Positions 28,793 to 39,108 of a stretch of 64,000 nt of DNA are shown here, one piece after another. How positions within the stretch are numbered: the first letter of the stretch is position 1; each line of letters starts with the position of its first letter. The notes beneath the pieces were generated by a model. It saw only the letters and a program-made list of their open reading frames with translations, had not been told where the DNA came from and made no database searches. The stretch covers positions 256,001 through 320,000 of the forward strand of contig CAWEQH010000004.1 of the NCBI GenBank assembly GCA_963811165.1. The letters run 5' to 3'. The translations under genes were made by a program, and so were the position numbers. The DNA is from an uncultured Nitrospiraceae bacterium. GTDB lineage: Bacteria > Nitrospirota > Thermodesulfovibrionia > Thermodesulfovibrionales > UBA6898.

Positions 28793-29170
28793 ATGACATA
28801 CCGCGAAAAGTGCGATGAACGGACCGAAAGAACGCATCAGATGCATGCAGCAGACCTCATTTCCAAGCGCTTCCCCGAAATTTCGAGCATAGTCGTTGAC
28901 ATGGAACACCACAGGAGCGGAATAAGCCCGATTCTTATATTGCGGACTCTCAATTTTTCATCCGGAAGTCATGCTTATTTTCATGTCGAATGCCTGAATA
29001 GAGATTGTAAAGATTGTACAGAGGGGTTTGAGTTGGACCAGGTTGTTTCTACGATGATCAGGAACCATTCATCATCAACAGAGGGGCGGTTGAATTGTGA
29101 GGGGAACAGTCTTACTTCCGGTCATGTGAATATCAGCTATAAGGTCACAATACAGTATTATGAAAATTAA
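28793..29170 (+). CDS. Hypothetical protein with C-x4-C...C...H pattern (paralog 2)
   Basis: Shares FPE, NF..GS.A.F...CL...C..GF.L.QV...MI.N, G.L.CEG, H.NI.Y.V.IQY with paralog 1. Confidence 0.75.
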   Translation: MTYREKCDERTERTHQMHAADLISKRFPEISSIVVDMEHHRSGISPILILRTLNFSSGSHAYFHVECLNRDCKDCTEGFELDQVVSTMIRNHSSSTEGRLNCEGNSLTSGHVNISYKVTIQYYEN

Positions 29171-29621
29171 AAAAGACTTACGAAGTATCCGGCGGTGGCA
29201 GGATTACAATTTATCCCCATTATATGAGAACAAAGAGGAGGGGCCCTCAAAGTTGAAAATAAACTGTGCATAGATTGATGTGCAGTCATTCGTGCGATAT
29301 ATAGGGAAAAATTACCGTCAGCTCTAATTTCCCCATTCTGAGGGTAGGAAAGGGAAGAAACAGGTTCAGAAAATCGAATCTGTCGCGTTCTTTTCATGTC
29401 TAACGGGTCGAATCCTGCCCTTTATAAATAATTCTGCCTTAGCTATTTGATATAATTTAGTCATGACATACAGAAATTATGAACGCGACAAGGACGGCAG
29501 TATACTTATCGCAGTTTTTAAAGAACAATCCGATGTTTATTTGTACAGTGCGCACTCATGTAATCTGGGAACTGCTATTGATGGCAATGGATCATTCTGA
29601 TAAAATTATGGTAGGAAAGTT

Positions 29622-30782
29622 ATGATCGAAAAGAACGTAGCAAGTGATAATTTAATCGAGGTCGAGAACGGTTATCGTGCCTTCTCCGAAGAGTCCCCAG
29701 ACGGTATGTTGCTTTTCGATACTACTGGGAACATTATTAAATTCAATAAAGCTGCCCACCGACAGTTAGGTTACTCGCGAAAGGAGTTTGGAAGGCTGGG
29801 TATCCATGATATCGATCCCTTCGAAAGCGATGAAGGGATAAGGGCTAAAGTCAGTAAAGTGCTGGAGGAGGGTAAAGCAAAGTTCGAAGTAAGGCAGAAG
29901 ACGAAGAGCGGGGATTTAAGAGATGTTTACGTGGATGCGCGGATGGTTATTGTATCCGGGCGTACAGTTCTTTATACAACCTGGCGCGACGTGACTGATT
30001 TCAAACGATCGAGAGAATCGCTGAGAGATGCCATGAAAAAGGTCGATAACAAAAAAATCGACGCGGAGGCGATTATTGCAGCAATGGGTAACGCAATGGG
30101 CATGATGAGCCCAGATTTTAGGGTATTGTATCAAAACCCTGCGAGTATCGAGCTTATTGGTAACCATGTCGGCGAGTATTGTTATTCTGCGTTCGAAAGC
30201 AAGAATACTATGTGTGAGGGATGTCCTCTGGCTGCATCTTTCAAGGATGGAAAAATCCACACATCGATAAGACGCTTAGAGACCGACAAAAGAGTAAGAT
30301 ACTTCGAGAATACCGCGTCAGTAGTGAGAGATGCCGAGGGAAAAATCGTGGCGGGGGTCGAGGTGTGCCGTGACATTAGCGAACATAAAAGGGCTGAGAA
30401 TACACTTCTTCAGAGGATCGATCCATTTCAGCCCCCTGCCGAGGGGCCGATTTCGGCATCAAGAAAAATCTATGGCAGAGGCAAACGTAAGAGTTCCTCC
30501 CTTTCCATCCCCTTTAGTGTCGATATGAAGAGAAATAAAAAGATACCTCCTCGCCTGAACCTCTCGCGCAGGGAATATCAAGTGCTATGCATGATTGGTT
30601 CGGGAAAAAGGAGGAAGGAGATTGCGGAGGAGTTGTCTGTCAAACCTAAAACCGTTAGCACTTTTCAGAGCCGCATTCTTGAAAAGATGCAGTTGAAAAG
30701 CAACGCAGAGCTTATGCGCTTTTTTATAGAAAACAGATTAGCAGACTGGACTTACGATAAGATTAAGACCAAAGTAAATTGA
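29622..30782 (+). CDS. PAS-PAS-LuxR HTH transcriptional regulator
   Basis: Two PAS/PAC segments (second with CY...CEGCP) and LSRREYQVLCMIGSG...IAEELSVKPKTVSTF. Confidence 0.88.
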   Translation: MIEKNVASDNLIEVENGYRAFSEESPDGMLLFDTTGNIIKFNKAAHRQLGYSRKEFGRLGIHDIDPFESDEGIRAKVSKVLEEGKAKFEVRQKTKSGDLRDVYVDARMVIVSGRTVLYTTWRDVTDFKRSRESLRDAMKKVDNKKIDAEAIIAAMGNAMGMMSPDFRVLYQNPASIELIGNHVGEYCYSAFESKNTMCEGCPLAASFKDGKIHTSIRRLETDKRVRYFENTASVVRDAEGKIVAGVEVCRDISEHKRAENTLLQRIDPFQPPAEGPISASRKIYGRGKRKSSSLSIPFSVDMKRNKKIPPRLNLSRREYQVLCMIGSGKRRKEIAEELSVKPKTVSTFQSRILEKMQLKSNAELMRFFIENRLADWTYDKIKTKVN

Positions 30783-30965
30783 CAAACGTAGTCGGACTAA
30801 TACGCAATTAATTTTGGCCATTGATTGTGAGTTTTTCCAGTAACTCCTCAGCAACACTCCTTTCGATTTTGCGTGAGAGGAGGTACTCAACATTTTCAGA
30901 TGCCTATCTTTCATTCCGAAATTATTAAGTAAAGCTCCTGAAAGTTACCGGATGCAGCGGGATCG

Positions 30966-32099
30966 TCAGGAAGCTTTGCGTCTGAGTTCGTCCGCGGCAG
31001 CGGCGATTATTCCGGCCGCACTGATAATTTCCTCTTCGGTATTGTCTTTGCCTACGCTTAGCCGTACCGAAGAGAGCGCGGCTTCATCGGACAGGCCCAT
31101 ACTTTTAAGGACAGCGGAGGGGACCTGCTCGCCGGAGTGACAGGCCGACCCGGTTGAAATGGCGACCTGGTCCTTTATCTTTTCGACGAGTTCATGTGAG
31201 GATATCCCCGGTATCGTGACGTTTGCCGTATTCGGAAGTCTTCGGGTTTTATGACCGTTAAGGGCCATCCCGGGGACAAGGGACCGCAGGTTGTCAAGGA
31301 GGAGGTCCCTGAGCCGGAGTGTGTGGGCAACGCGCAGTTTGATGTCCCTTTTGCCGATCCAGCATGCCTTGCCAAGACCCGTGATGCCGGCCACGTTTTC
31401 AGTGCCGGGCCTCAGTCCTTTTTCATGGCCCGCACCGAAGAAAAGGGGAAGGACCTGAGAGCCGGACCTGGCATATAAAGCACCCACGCCCTTTGGGCCG
31501 TAAAATTTGTGTGCCGCCACTGTGGCGAAATCTATCACATCGCCTGTGAGGCTGAACTGTAACTTCCCTAAAGACTGGGCCGCATCGATATGAAACGCAG
31601 CCCCATGGGCTTTGGCTATCGCGCCGATTTCCTCAATAGGCTGCAAGACGCCTGTCTCATTGTTTGCGTGCATGACTGAGACAAGAAAAGTGTCTTTTCT
31701 AAGTGAGCGCCTTACCTCTTCCGGGTCCACTATCCCGTCAGCGTCGACGGCCGCGTACGTGACCTCGAAGCCCAGGGACTCAAGATGACGACAGGTATTG
31801 GAGACGGACGGATGCTCTATAGAGGAGGTGATGATGTGCCCTTTTTTATGGAACAGGGCGCTCCCGATGAGGGCGAGGTTATTGGATTCGGTGCCGCCGG
31901 AGGTGAAATACACTTCATCAGCGCCGCACCCGAGGAAGTCGGCAACGTCCCTCCGGGCGTTCTCTACTGCTTCTCTTGCCTTTTTCCCTGCAACGTGACT
32001 GCTCGATGGGTTTCCGAAATCACGCTTGAGCGAAGAGAAGACCGCATCGTAGACTTCGGGGTCGACCGGCGTCGTTGCATTGTTGTCGAGATAGATCAT
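30966..32099 (-). CDS. iscS: Cysteine desulfurase (IscS/NifS type)
   Basis: MIYLDNNATT, FTSGGTESNN, HANNETG, AAHKFYGPKG, STGSACHS. Confidence 0.9.
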   Translation of the reverse strand: MIYLDNNATTPVDPEVYDAVFSSLKRDFGNPSSSHVAGKKAREAVENARRDVADFLGCGADEVYFTSGGTESNNLALIGSALFHKKGHIITSSIEHPSVSNTCRHLESLGFEVTYAAVDADGIVDPEEVRRSLRKDTFLVSVMHANNETGVLQPIEEIGAIAKAHGAAFHIDAAQSLGKLQFSLTGDVIDFATVAAHKFYGPKGVGALYARSGSQVLPLFFGAGHEKGLRPGTENVAGITGLGKACWIGKRDIKLRVAHTLRLRDLLLDNLRSLVPGMALNGHKTRRLPNTANVTIPGISSHELVEKIKDQVAISTGSACHSGEQVPSAVLKSMGLSDEAALSSVRLSVGKDNTEEEIISAAGIIAAAADELRRKAS

Positions 32100-32166
32100 C
32101 CTTAAAATAAGTATATCACGACGGGATGATGAATGTAATTTCCGGTACTTGCCCGGAAACAGATTC

Positions 32167-33240
32167 TCAATGTTTCTTAAGCGGCAGGCGGATCGTAAAG
32201 GTGCTTCCTTTCCCGGGGGTGCTCTCGACAGAGATGGTGCCTCTGTGGTCCTGAATCACTTTCAACGTGTAGGTGAGGCCGAGGCCCGGACCATATATCT
32301 TCGACGTAAAGAGCGGTTCGAAGATGTCCTTTATCTTTTCCCTTGATATCCCTTTCCCGTTATCTGAGACCCCTATCTCGATGCATCCCTCCGAGACGGC
32401 ACTTGAGAGTCTGAGCACCCGCGGCTCCCCGGTCATGGCCTCGATGGCATTCTGTATGAGGTTGGCGATTGCCTGCGTCAGTTGCATGGGATCGGCCTGT
32501 ATCATGGGGAGATTATTCGTAAAGTCGGTTTCGACATCCACCGCCTTTTCCTCGAACTCCCGTTCAAACAGCGTAAGGGCCTTCATGATGACATCATTGA
32601 CGTTCGTCTGCTCGAGATAGGAGAGGGACATTGTCTGTATCCCGATGATTTTTTTTATCATTTTTTCTAGTTTTGAGACGTCTTCCATGATCATTTCCAT
32701 GTATTTCCTGTTGAGATTGCCCTCAGGGAGGTTGTCGTAAACCCTGCGTGCAAAACCTCCTATCGAAACAAGGGGATTTCTTACCTCATGTGCGACCTCG
32801 TCCATCATCTGCTCCAGGGCCCCCAGTTTTTCCTCTTCCACTATTTTTTCGTGTGCCTGCTTTATTTTCAGGAGCGACCTGACGCGTGCGGAAAGCTCCT
32901 TGTAATCAAAGGGCTTCGCCAAATAATCATCGGCCCCGGTGTCGAGTCCTTTTACCTTGTCCGATATCTCGCTTCTTGCCGTCAACATCAGGACCGGGAT
33001 ATGCTTTGTATCCATGTTCGCCTTGAGCCTCTCACAAACCTCGTATCCGTTGAGCTTCGGCATCATGACATCGAGGATAATCAAATCGGGACAGCATGAC
33101 TCGACGAACGCGAGGCATGCCTCGCCGTCGTAAGCCTCAGCGGTATCATACCCCTCGGCCCTCAGTCTCTTTCTCAGCAGCTCAACCGTATCCATGGTAT
33201 CGTCGACAATCAAGATCTTATTGCACCTTTCCATCGGCAT
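32167..33240 (-). CDS. Receiver-domain histidine kinase (REC-HisKA-HATPase)
   Basis: ILIVDD, LDVMMP, KPF; VAHEVRNP, NLIQNA, DNGKGI, GLGL. Confidence 0.92.
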   Translation of the reverse strand: MPMERCNKILIVDDTMDTVELLRKRLRAEGYDTAEAYDGEACLAFVESCCPDLIILDVMMPKLNGYEVCERLKANMDTKHIPVLMLTARSEISDKVKGLDTGADDYLAKPFDYKELSARVRSLLKIKQAHEKIVEEEKLGALEQMMDEVAHEVRNPLVSIGGFARRVYDNLPEGNLNRKYMEMIMEDVSKLEKMIKKIIGIQTMSLSYLEQTNVNDVIMKALTLFEREFEEKAVDVETDFTNNLPMIQADPMQLTQAIANLIQNAIEAMTGEPRVLRLSSAVSEGCIEIGVSDNGKGISREKIKDIFEPLFTSKIYGPGLGLTYTLKVIQDHRGTISVESTPGKGSTFTIRLPLKKH

Positions 33241-33646
33241 TCCTTCTCCCTTCCTCATTGGCCTTCAGGTAATACCTGATCTGTTCCGGAAGTTCACGAA
33301 TATCAATAGGTTTCGGTATATATCCGATACAGCCGGCATTCATTGCCCTCTCCTTGTCCCCCTTCATGACATGGGCGGTGAGGGCGACGATTGGTATGTC
33401 TCGGTACTCTTCCTGGCTTTTCAGGCTTCGTATTACCTCATAGCCGTCCATTTTGGGAAGGGAGATATCCATCAGGATCAGACCGGGTCTTTCCTCTTGG
33501 GCCTTTCTGAGCGCGTCTTCTCCATCAACGGCCTCGATCGTATCGTATCCTCTGTTTTTCAGCACTTTGACCACGAGTTCACGGTTATCTCTATTATCAT
33601 CAACGACCAGTATTTTTGGGGATAAACTCTTTTTTATTTCCTCCAT
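33218..33646 (-). CDS. Single-domain response regulator (DivK-like)
   Basis: ILVVDDN, LMDISLPKMDG, ALTAH, YIPKPID. Confidence 0.92.
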   Translation of the reverse strand: MEEIKKSLSPKILVVDDNRDNRELVVKVLKNRGYDTIEAVDGEDALRKAQEERPGLILMDISLPKMDGYEVIRSLKSQEEYRDIPIVALTAHVMKGDKERAMNAGCIGYIPKPIDIRELPEQIRYYLKANEEGRRNADGKVQ

Positions 33647-33671
33647 AGTTCTCTCCGATGCCGCAGAAACA

Positions 33672-36374
33672 TTATGATTTGTCGCATTTGGAAATGGTCT
33701 CCTTGATCTCCTTCAAAAGTCCCTCGGTCGTCAACGTGGCCCTGTTTAAGATGCCGCGAATCCTGCCGTTGAGTTCCGAGATCTGTCTTTCGGTCAAGTC
33801 TTTATGGGTAACGACGATAAGAGGGATGTTCCTGGCCTCATCGTCCGTCTTCATATATTCAATGACATCGACACCGCTCACTACCGGCATCGTAAGGCTC
33901 AGCACCATCAGGTCGGGCCTTGATTCCTTCATGGTATCGATCGCCTCCTGGCTTGTATATGCCTCCATTACCTGATAGCCTGCCTCCTCGAGCATTGTGC
34001 CGATCAGTTTTACTGCATCCTGTTCATTGTCCACGACCAATATCCTTCTGATTTTCGTCATTTTTTCGAGGTTCTTCAATTTTCTCAAGAGGACGTCCTT
34101 TTCAATCGGCTTCACGATATATTCGGCAGCTCCGAGACTGAACCCCAACTGCTTTTCGTCTATGATCGAAAGTATGATGACAGGAATATCCTGAGTTTCC
34201 GGTGTATTCTTCAGCTCACGTAACACCTGCCAACCGTCTTTTACGGGCATCATGATATCCAGAGTGATGGCTACCGGCCTGATCTCTAGGGCCTTCTTAA
34301 CGACATTTTCACTGCTGATAAGACCTACTACGTGATAATCCTTTCCCAGGTATTTCCGGATAATTTCGACGGCCTCGGGATTGTCGTCAACCGCTAGGAC
34401 GTTCTTTTTAAGTGCTTCAGAAACGCGTTCCTCTGTGCCTGTTGAAACCCGATTTATCTCGTATAACTCGTCCGTCTCGATCAGCAGTCTTTCGATAAGC
34501 TCGCATCCCTTGCAAAAGTCGATCTTTTCGGGATAAGAAGCGACCTTCGTGCCTTTGCAGTGAGTTGCGGTGATCATCCAGCATCTGCTTTCCTTAGTGC
34601 CGTGAGCGGGACAGCTTGTCTGACCGCAGTGAAAATATTCCCAGCATTTTACCAGATTTCCCGCATACCGGGGCTCTTTCAAAAATATCCCCTCAGCGGT
34701 GCCAAAATACGAAGACAGCCCTTCTGCCATTGAGGTCTCCAGTGACGGCTCGGCTGATTTTTTCAAAACCGATTTATCTACCGGAAGGGTGAAACAGAAC
34801 CTGCTGCCGCTTCCGTATTCGCTTGTCACCCAAATCACGCCTTTATGGAGTACGACGAGACCCCTTGCGATGCTCAGTCCGAGACCGGTGCCCTCGTACT
34901 GACGGGTGGACGAGACGTCCAGCTGACTGAACTTGTCAAAGAGCTTCGCTATGTCTTCCTCCCTGATCCCTATCCCCGTGTCCTCGACACAGACCTCCAC
35001 GAAACGCGGCGTATCTCCGGATTTGATGCCTTTATCGGAGGGGCGGGCCATTATTGCGATGCCCCCTTCATGGGTGAACTTCACGGCATTGGAGAGCAGG
35101 TTTATCAGGATCTGTGCGACCTTGTCTTCATCTGCAAAAACGAGCGGCAGGTTTTCGTGGAAGTCAAGTCTGATCGAGAGCCCTTTCTGTCGTATCATAG
35201 GCTCGAAGGTCGGAAGGACGGATTCGGTGACCCACTTGAGGTCGATCTCCCGGGGATGCAGTTCTATCTTGCCTGACTCTATCTTGGAAATGTCGAGGAC
35301 ATCATTGATCAGTTGCAGGAGGTGTTTCGCGTTGCTCACTACCTTATGAAGACTCTTTTCCTGCTCTTCGTTTATCGGCCCATCCACCCCGTCGATCAGA
35401 AGATCCGTATACCCAATAATCGCGTTCATCGGCGTACGGAGCTCATGGGACATGTTGGCCAGAAAGGTAGATTTCAGTTTGTCCAGTTCCCTGAGTTCCC
35501 TGTTCGCCCTTTCGAGGAGGGTCAAGAGCTCGGTCCTTTCATTGAGCAGGTTGGTCTTTCTCGTGACCTCGCGTTCCAATTTTCTGCTGAATGATGAGAT
35601 GCTTTCAACCATGTGGTTGAACGCATTGCCGAGAACGCCGATCTCATTTTTTGTGGTAACCTCCACTGAAACCGACATGTCCCCCTCTGCAAACCGCTTC
35701 GCCTTTTCCGCAAGGTTTTCTACAGGATGCCTGATGAGTTTGGTCAGCATCGCATAGATAATTGCGATCATCACGCTAATGCTGAACACTCCCAGCAATA
35801 TCGTTCTGTTTCTCGCAGCGGCGACCTGGGCATATGTGCTGTTGGCATCCATCTTCAGTATCATGCTTCCGAGCACCTTTCGGGAGGACCCGTGACAGTG
35901 ATAACAACCGGTCTCATTCAGCAGGGGGTGCATGATGAAAAGGTATCTTCTGCCCCTGATCTCCTCGATAAAAGTCCTCTGCGGTCCCCCCTTTGCCAGT
36001 ACCTCATCCAGAATGCGAATAAAGGTCTTGCCATACAGGGGGTCCGACAGGGTGGTCCTAATCACATCCTGATTAGTGGAATAGATTATTTCCTTATCGA
36101 AGTCGCAGACGTGGACCTCGACATCCTTTATCTTTTCCCGTATTCCCGATAACTGTCTTGCAATCCCATCCGAGTCCCCCATAGACATGGGATATATAAA
36201 GGAAGAATGGATTGATGAGGCCAGCTCGCTGCCATGCATCTCCATGCTCTCCGTCCGGTCCTTCGTGCCGTAATAGAGTCGCACAACAATCTCTACTCCT
36301 AAGACGAGGACGATCGTGATTATTATGACGGCAAGTATCTCGTTGCCGAGCCGTTTTCTTACGAAACCGAACAT
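33672..36374 (-). CDS. Hybrid sensor kinase: periplasmic c-heme domain, HAMP, HisKA/HATPase, Cys-rich two-CW insert, two receiver domains
   Basis: Two TMs flanking CYHCH; FLANMSHELRTP; GTGLGL; CWEYFHC...CPA...CWMITATHC...CKGC; two REC domains. Confidence 0.92.
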   Translation of the reverse strand: MFGFVRKRLGNEILAVIIITIVLVLGVEIVVRLYYGTKDRTESMEMHGSELASSIHSSFIYPMSMGDSDGIARQLSGIREKIKDVEVHVCDFDKEIIYSTNQDVIRTTLSDPLYGKTFIRILDEVLAKGGPQRTFIEEIRGRRYLFIMHPLLNETGCYHCHGSSRKVLGSMILKMDANSTYAQVAAARNRTILLGVFSISVMIAIIYAMLTKLIRHPVENLAEKAKRFAEGDMSVSVEVTTKNEIGVLGNAFNHMVESISSFSRKLEREVTRKTNLLNERTELLTLLERANRELRELDKLKSTFLANMSHELRTPMNAIIGYTDLLIDGVDGPINEEQEKSLHKVVSNAKHLLQLINDVLDISKIESGKIELHPREIDLKWVTESVLPTFEPMIRQKGLSIRLDFHENLPLVFADEDKVAQILINLLSNAVKFTHEGGIAIMARPSDKGIKSGDTPRFVEVCVEDTGIGIREEDIAKLFDKFSQLDVSSTRQYEGTGLGLSIARGLVVLHKGVIWVTSEYGSGSRFCFTLPVDKSVLKKSAEPSLETSMAEGLSSYFGTAEGIFLKEPRYAGNLVKCWEYFHCGQTSCPAHGTKESRCWMITATHCKGTKVASYPEKIDFCKGCELIERLLIETDELYEINRVSTGTEERVSEALKKNVLAVDDNPEAVEIIRKYLGKDYHVVGLISSENVVKKALEIRPVAITLDIMMPVKDGWQVLRELKNTPETQDIPVIILSIIDEKQLGFSLGAAEYIVKPIEKDVLLRKLKNLEKMTKIRRILVVDNEQDAVKLIGTMLEEAGYQVMEAYTSQEAIDTMKESRPDLMVLSLTMPVVSGVDVIEYMKTDDEARNIPLIVVTHKDLTERQISELNGRIRGILNRATLTTEGLLKEIKETISKCDKS

Positions 36375-36486
36375 GTCCTTTCCCCCGCATTGTACACCGT
36401 GCCGTTATAAAGGACAGAAGATATTCCGCGACTCGCCGGAAAACAACCCTTTGGACCTGCGCTTCCTCTACGCCACTTTGTAGGTT

Positions 36487-36984
36487 TCAATGCGCATACC
36501 CGTGAATCAGAGGTTTATACCTGAATGCCTTGACCCTTTCCAGGGTATGACAGATCTCACAATCCTCTTTTCTGAGATGTCTCTTTATATCGCGAGGACT
36601 CTTTGTCTTGATATGGGTTTTGCCCGGACCGTGGCAGACCTCGCAGCCGGTGTTTTTCATGGAAGGTGTTTGTTCAAGGCTGATAAACCCCCCGGGCCTC
36701 CCGTATCCTGTGGTGTGGCACTGATAACATCCCTTGATTTCTTCTTCCGAGAGGCCCTTCCGCATGCGTTCTATCGCTTCGAACGATTTGGCCTTTTTGG
36801 CAAATTTTATGAAGTTTTCGTATTCTGTTTTATGGCAGACCTTGCATGCCTCAGAGCCGGCGTATTCGGGTATTCTTTGCAACGGTTCGGCCGGCCGCAG
36901 GGGCAAAGTTATAGGGAGAGATGCAGCCATGACCATTAAAACGAATAACCCGCATTGTTTTGGACGTTCTACCCAGCCGCGCAT
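36487..36984 (-). CDS. Tetraheme c cytochrome (c554-like family)
   Basis: Signal peptide; YAGSEACKVCH, CYQCHTTGYG, GCEVCHGPG, CEICH. Confidence 0.88.
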   Translation of the reverse strand: MRGWVERPKQCGLFVLMVMAASLPITLPLRPAEPLQRIPEYAGSEACKVCHKTEYENFIKFAKKAKSFEAIERMRKGLSEEEIKGCYQCHTTGYGRPGGFISLEQTPSMKNTGCEVCHGPGKTHIKTKSPRDIKRHLRKEDCEICHTLERVKAFRYKPLIHGYAH

Positions 36985-37115
36985 CGGTATATCAAACCTC
37001 TCTGATTACATTCTCCCCCGGAAAGTGAAAAATTACAACAATAAAAGAGCAATAAAAGAGCTTATTGACAATTAGATAATCTTGGCGTACATTTTAGTGA
37101 GGGTGAAAATGTCGC

Positions 37116-37445
37116 ATGACGGGCTATAACAAAAGAAGACACCAACGACATCTTTTTTTTCACAAAGTAGAGTATTGCAGGGGCCCCCGTATTCCCGAGG
37201 ACATTTGTCATGGGTCGATCATCAATATCAGTGAGTCCGGCTTATGCATGTATACTGTCGGACCACTTGATGAAGGGGAAGACATAGAGATCATGACCGC
37301 TCTCCCGGTGCCGTATCAAAAAGCGAGCATACGATGGGTAGTAAAATATTTTCACGATCTTTATAAGATGGGGGTTGTGTTTATCGATCATTATGCTATC
37401 CCGTTAAGCGATGGGGGCGATCTGAATTTACGCTCGCACAACTAG
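37116..37445 (+). CDS. PilZ domain protein
   Basis: KRRHQR and NISESG motifs. Confidence 0.82.
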   Translation: MTGYNKRRHQRHLFFHKVEYCRGPRIPEDICHGSIINISESGLCMYTVGPLDEGEDIEIMTALPVPYQKASIRWVVKYFHDLYKMGVVFIDHYAIPLSDGGDLNLRSHN

Positions 37446-37453
37446 TTTGCCTC

Positions 37454-37771
37454 ATGAGTACATTCCAAGGAATCTGTATGGAGCACCAAAAGGAAAAACG
37501 CAAGCACCAAAGGGTCCCCTACCAGGCTCCATGCAACTTTACCGTCTTATCTATGCAGGGGTCTAAATTCCTGAGGACTCAGGCCTGCGGCACCATCAGG
37601 GATGTCAGCAAGGAGGGCATAGGAATAATAACCGAGTTTCCCCTTCAGCCGGGGCAGGTGCTGCAATGGGACGATAGACATAAGCGCAATAGGTTGCATA
37701 TAGCCCTCATTAAATGGTCGCAGAGGCAAGGCGATCTTTACGGGTCCGGGTCGCAGTTTTTTTTGGGGTGA
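37454..37771 (+). CDS. PilZ domain protein
   Basis: KRKHQR and DVSKEG motifs. Confidence 0.8.
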   Translation: MSTFQGICMEHQKEKRKHQRVPYQAPCNFTVLSMQGSKFLRTQACGTIRDVSKEGIGIITEFPLQPGQVLQWDDRHKRNRLHIALIKWSQRQGDLYGSGSQFFLG

Positions 37772-37925
37772 GCAGTCCGCTTGTCTTGGAAAGAAGTCGT
37801 TGCCCGGACATTAGAAAACGTGGATGTCCGATTAAGATCCCCGGGCATGACGGGCTTTGTGCGGCCTGTTTATGTGACGGATTATAAATCGTATTCGAAT
37901 CACTATTGCAGACGACCTGAAGGCG

Positions 37926-38624
37926 CTATGTAAGTCCAACCAGTTTGTTGAAATATTCGGGAAATCCGGTATCGAACGTAAGCCGTGTGCCGCGTATGGG
38001 GTGTGTAAATGTAATGGATTTCGCGTGAAGCGCCAAACGATTGTATGCCCATTTCCCCTTTCCATACTTCTCATCTCCCAACACCGGGTGTCCGATTTCA
38101 GCGAGATGCACGCGTATCTGATGCTTCCTGCCTGTTAAAAGATTTACCTCAAGCAAGGAGAGCTCTTTCGTCTCCCTTAGCACCCTGTAGGCCGTATGAG
38201 ACAATTTCCCTTTTGTCGGGTCGGCAGTGGAATATACCGCATGGGCCTTGTTTTCGGCCAGGTAGGTCGAGATCGTCGCCTCTTTTTTCTCACACCTGCC
38301 GTGAACAACGGCAATATATTTCTTCTCCGTTTCTTCCCATCGGCCCTGAAGCCGCAGTTTGGCTTCCATGCTCTTGGCGAAAATGACTATCCCGGATGTA
38401 TCACGGTCCAGCCGATGGACTATGAAGATGCGGTTTGGGGACTTGGAATAACCCTTCCGGACATACGCGGTCAGCATGGCGTAGAGAGTTCGGGTTTTGT
38501 CCCTCTCCGTGCCCATTGTCAGAAGCCCGGGCGGTTTGACTGCTACCAAAATGTCACTGTCCTCGTACAGTATGCCGACACCTTTTGGAAAGTGCCTGCT
38601 GCCCTGCCTTGATATATTACCCAT
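37926..38624 (-). CDS. RluA-family RNA pseudouridine synthase
   Basis: KPPGLL, VHRLDRDTSG, TGRKHQIRVH, GHPVLGD.KYG, LHA. Confidence 0.95.
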   Translation of the reverse strand: MGNISRQGSRHFPKGVGILYEDSDILVAVKPPGLLTMGTERDKTRTLYAMLTAYVRKGYSKSPNRIFIVHRLDRDTSGIVIFAKSMEAKLRLQGRWEETEKKYIAVVHGRCEKKEATISTYLAENKAHAVYSTADPTKGKLSHTAYRVLRETKELSLLEVNLLTGRKHQIRVHLAEIGHPVLGDEKYGKGKWAYNRLALHAKSITFTHPIRGTRLTFDTGFPEYFNKLVGLT

Positions 38625-38864
38625 TAAAAATACTCCTAAAAGCAGATTCTATTTACGTTTTACTCCGGATTATGCGATCTTCTTTAGGCCCGGCCTTTAC
38701 TGCCCTCTCGAACTTCCAGGGACGGGTCGGTCTTAGCCCGGAATCGGCGAATTCAACGAGTTTTGGAAGATCAGACATATATCTTGTTTTATTTTGCAAC
38801 ATTAAAAAAAATATAACAAATATTGCATGGGGGAGGGAGTTTCACAGCCTCGACATGTAAGTTA

Positions 38865-39069
38865 ATGAAAAAAAAGAAGGCAGGCCAATTTTCCGGCGCT
38901 TACGGAGGAGGCTGGGCCTTACAAAAGGGAGCAAGAGATCGTGCGTCTGCTGCTTGCCGGCTCGGACAGTAAGGAGATTGCCGACTCCCTCGGGTTAAGT
39001 ATGAATACAATCAAGGGATTCTATAGCCGCCAAAAGCACGGGGAGCAGTTTGACAACCGCAAGCGCTAA
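38865..39069 (+). pseudogene. Degraded LuxR-type HTH remnant
   Basis: REQEIVRLLLAGSDSKEIADSLGLSMNTIKG is readable but out of frame with ATG 38865 (A8 run) and has no normal C-terminus. Confidence 0.55.
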
Positions 39070-39108
39070 ATGTGATCATAAAGCTAACCCTGAGATTAGG
39101 AGGCTTAT

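Noticed and set aside
29400..29425. GGGTCGAATCC resembling a tRNA T-arm or att site
   Set aside because: No cloverleaf, acceptor stem or CCA, and no integrase nearby.
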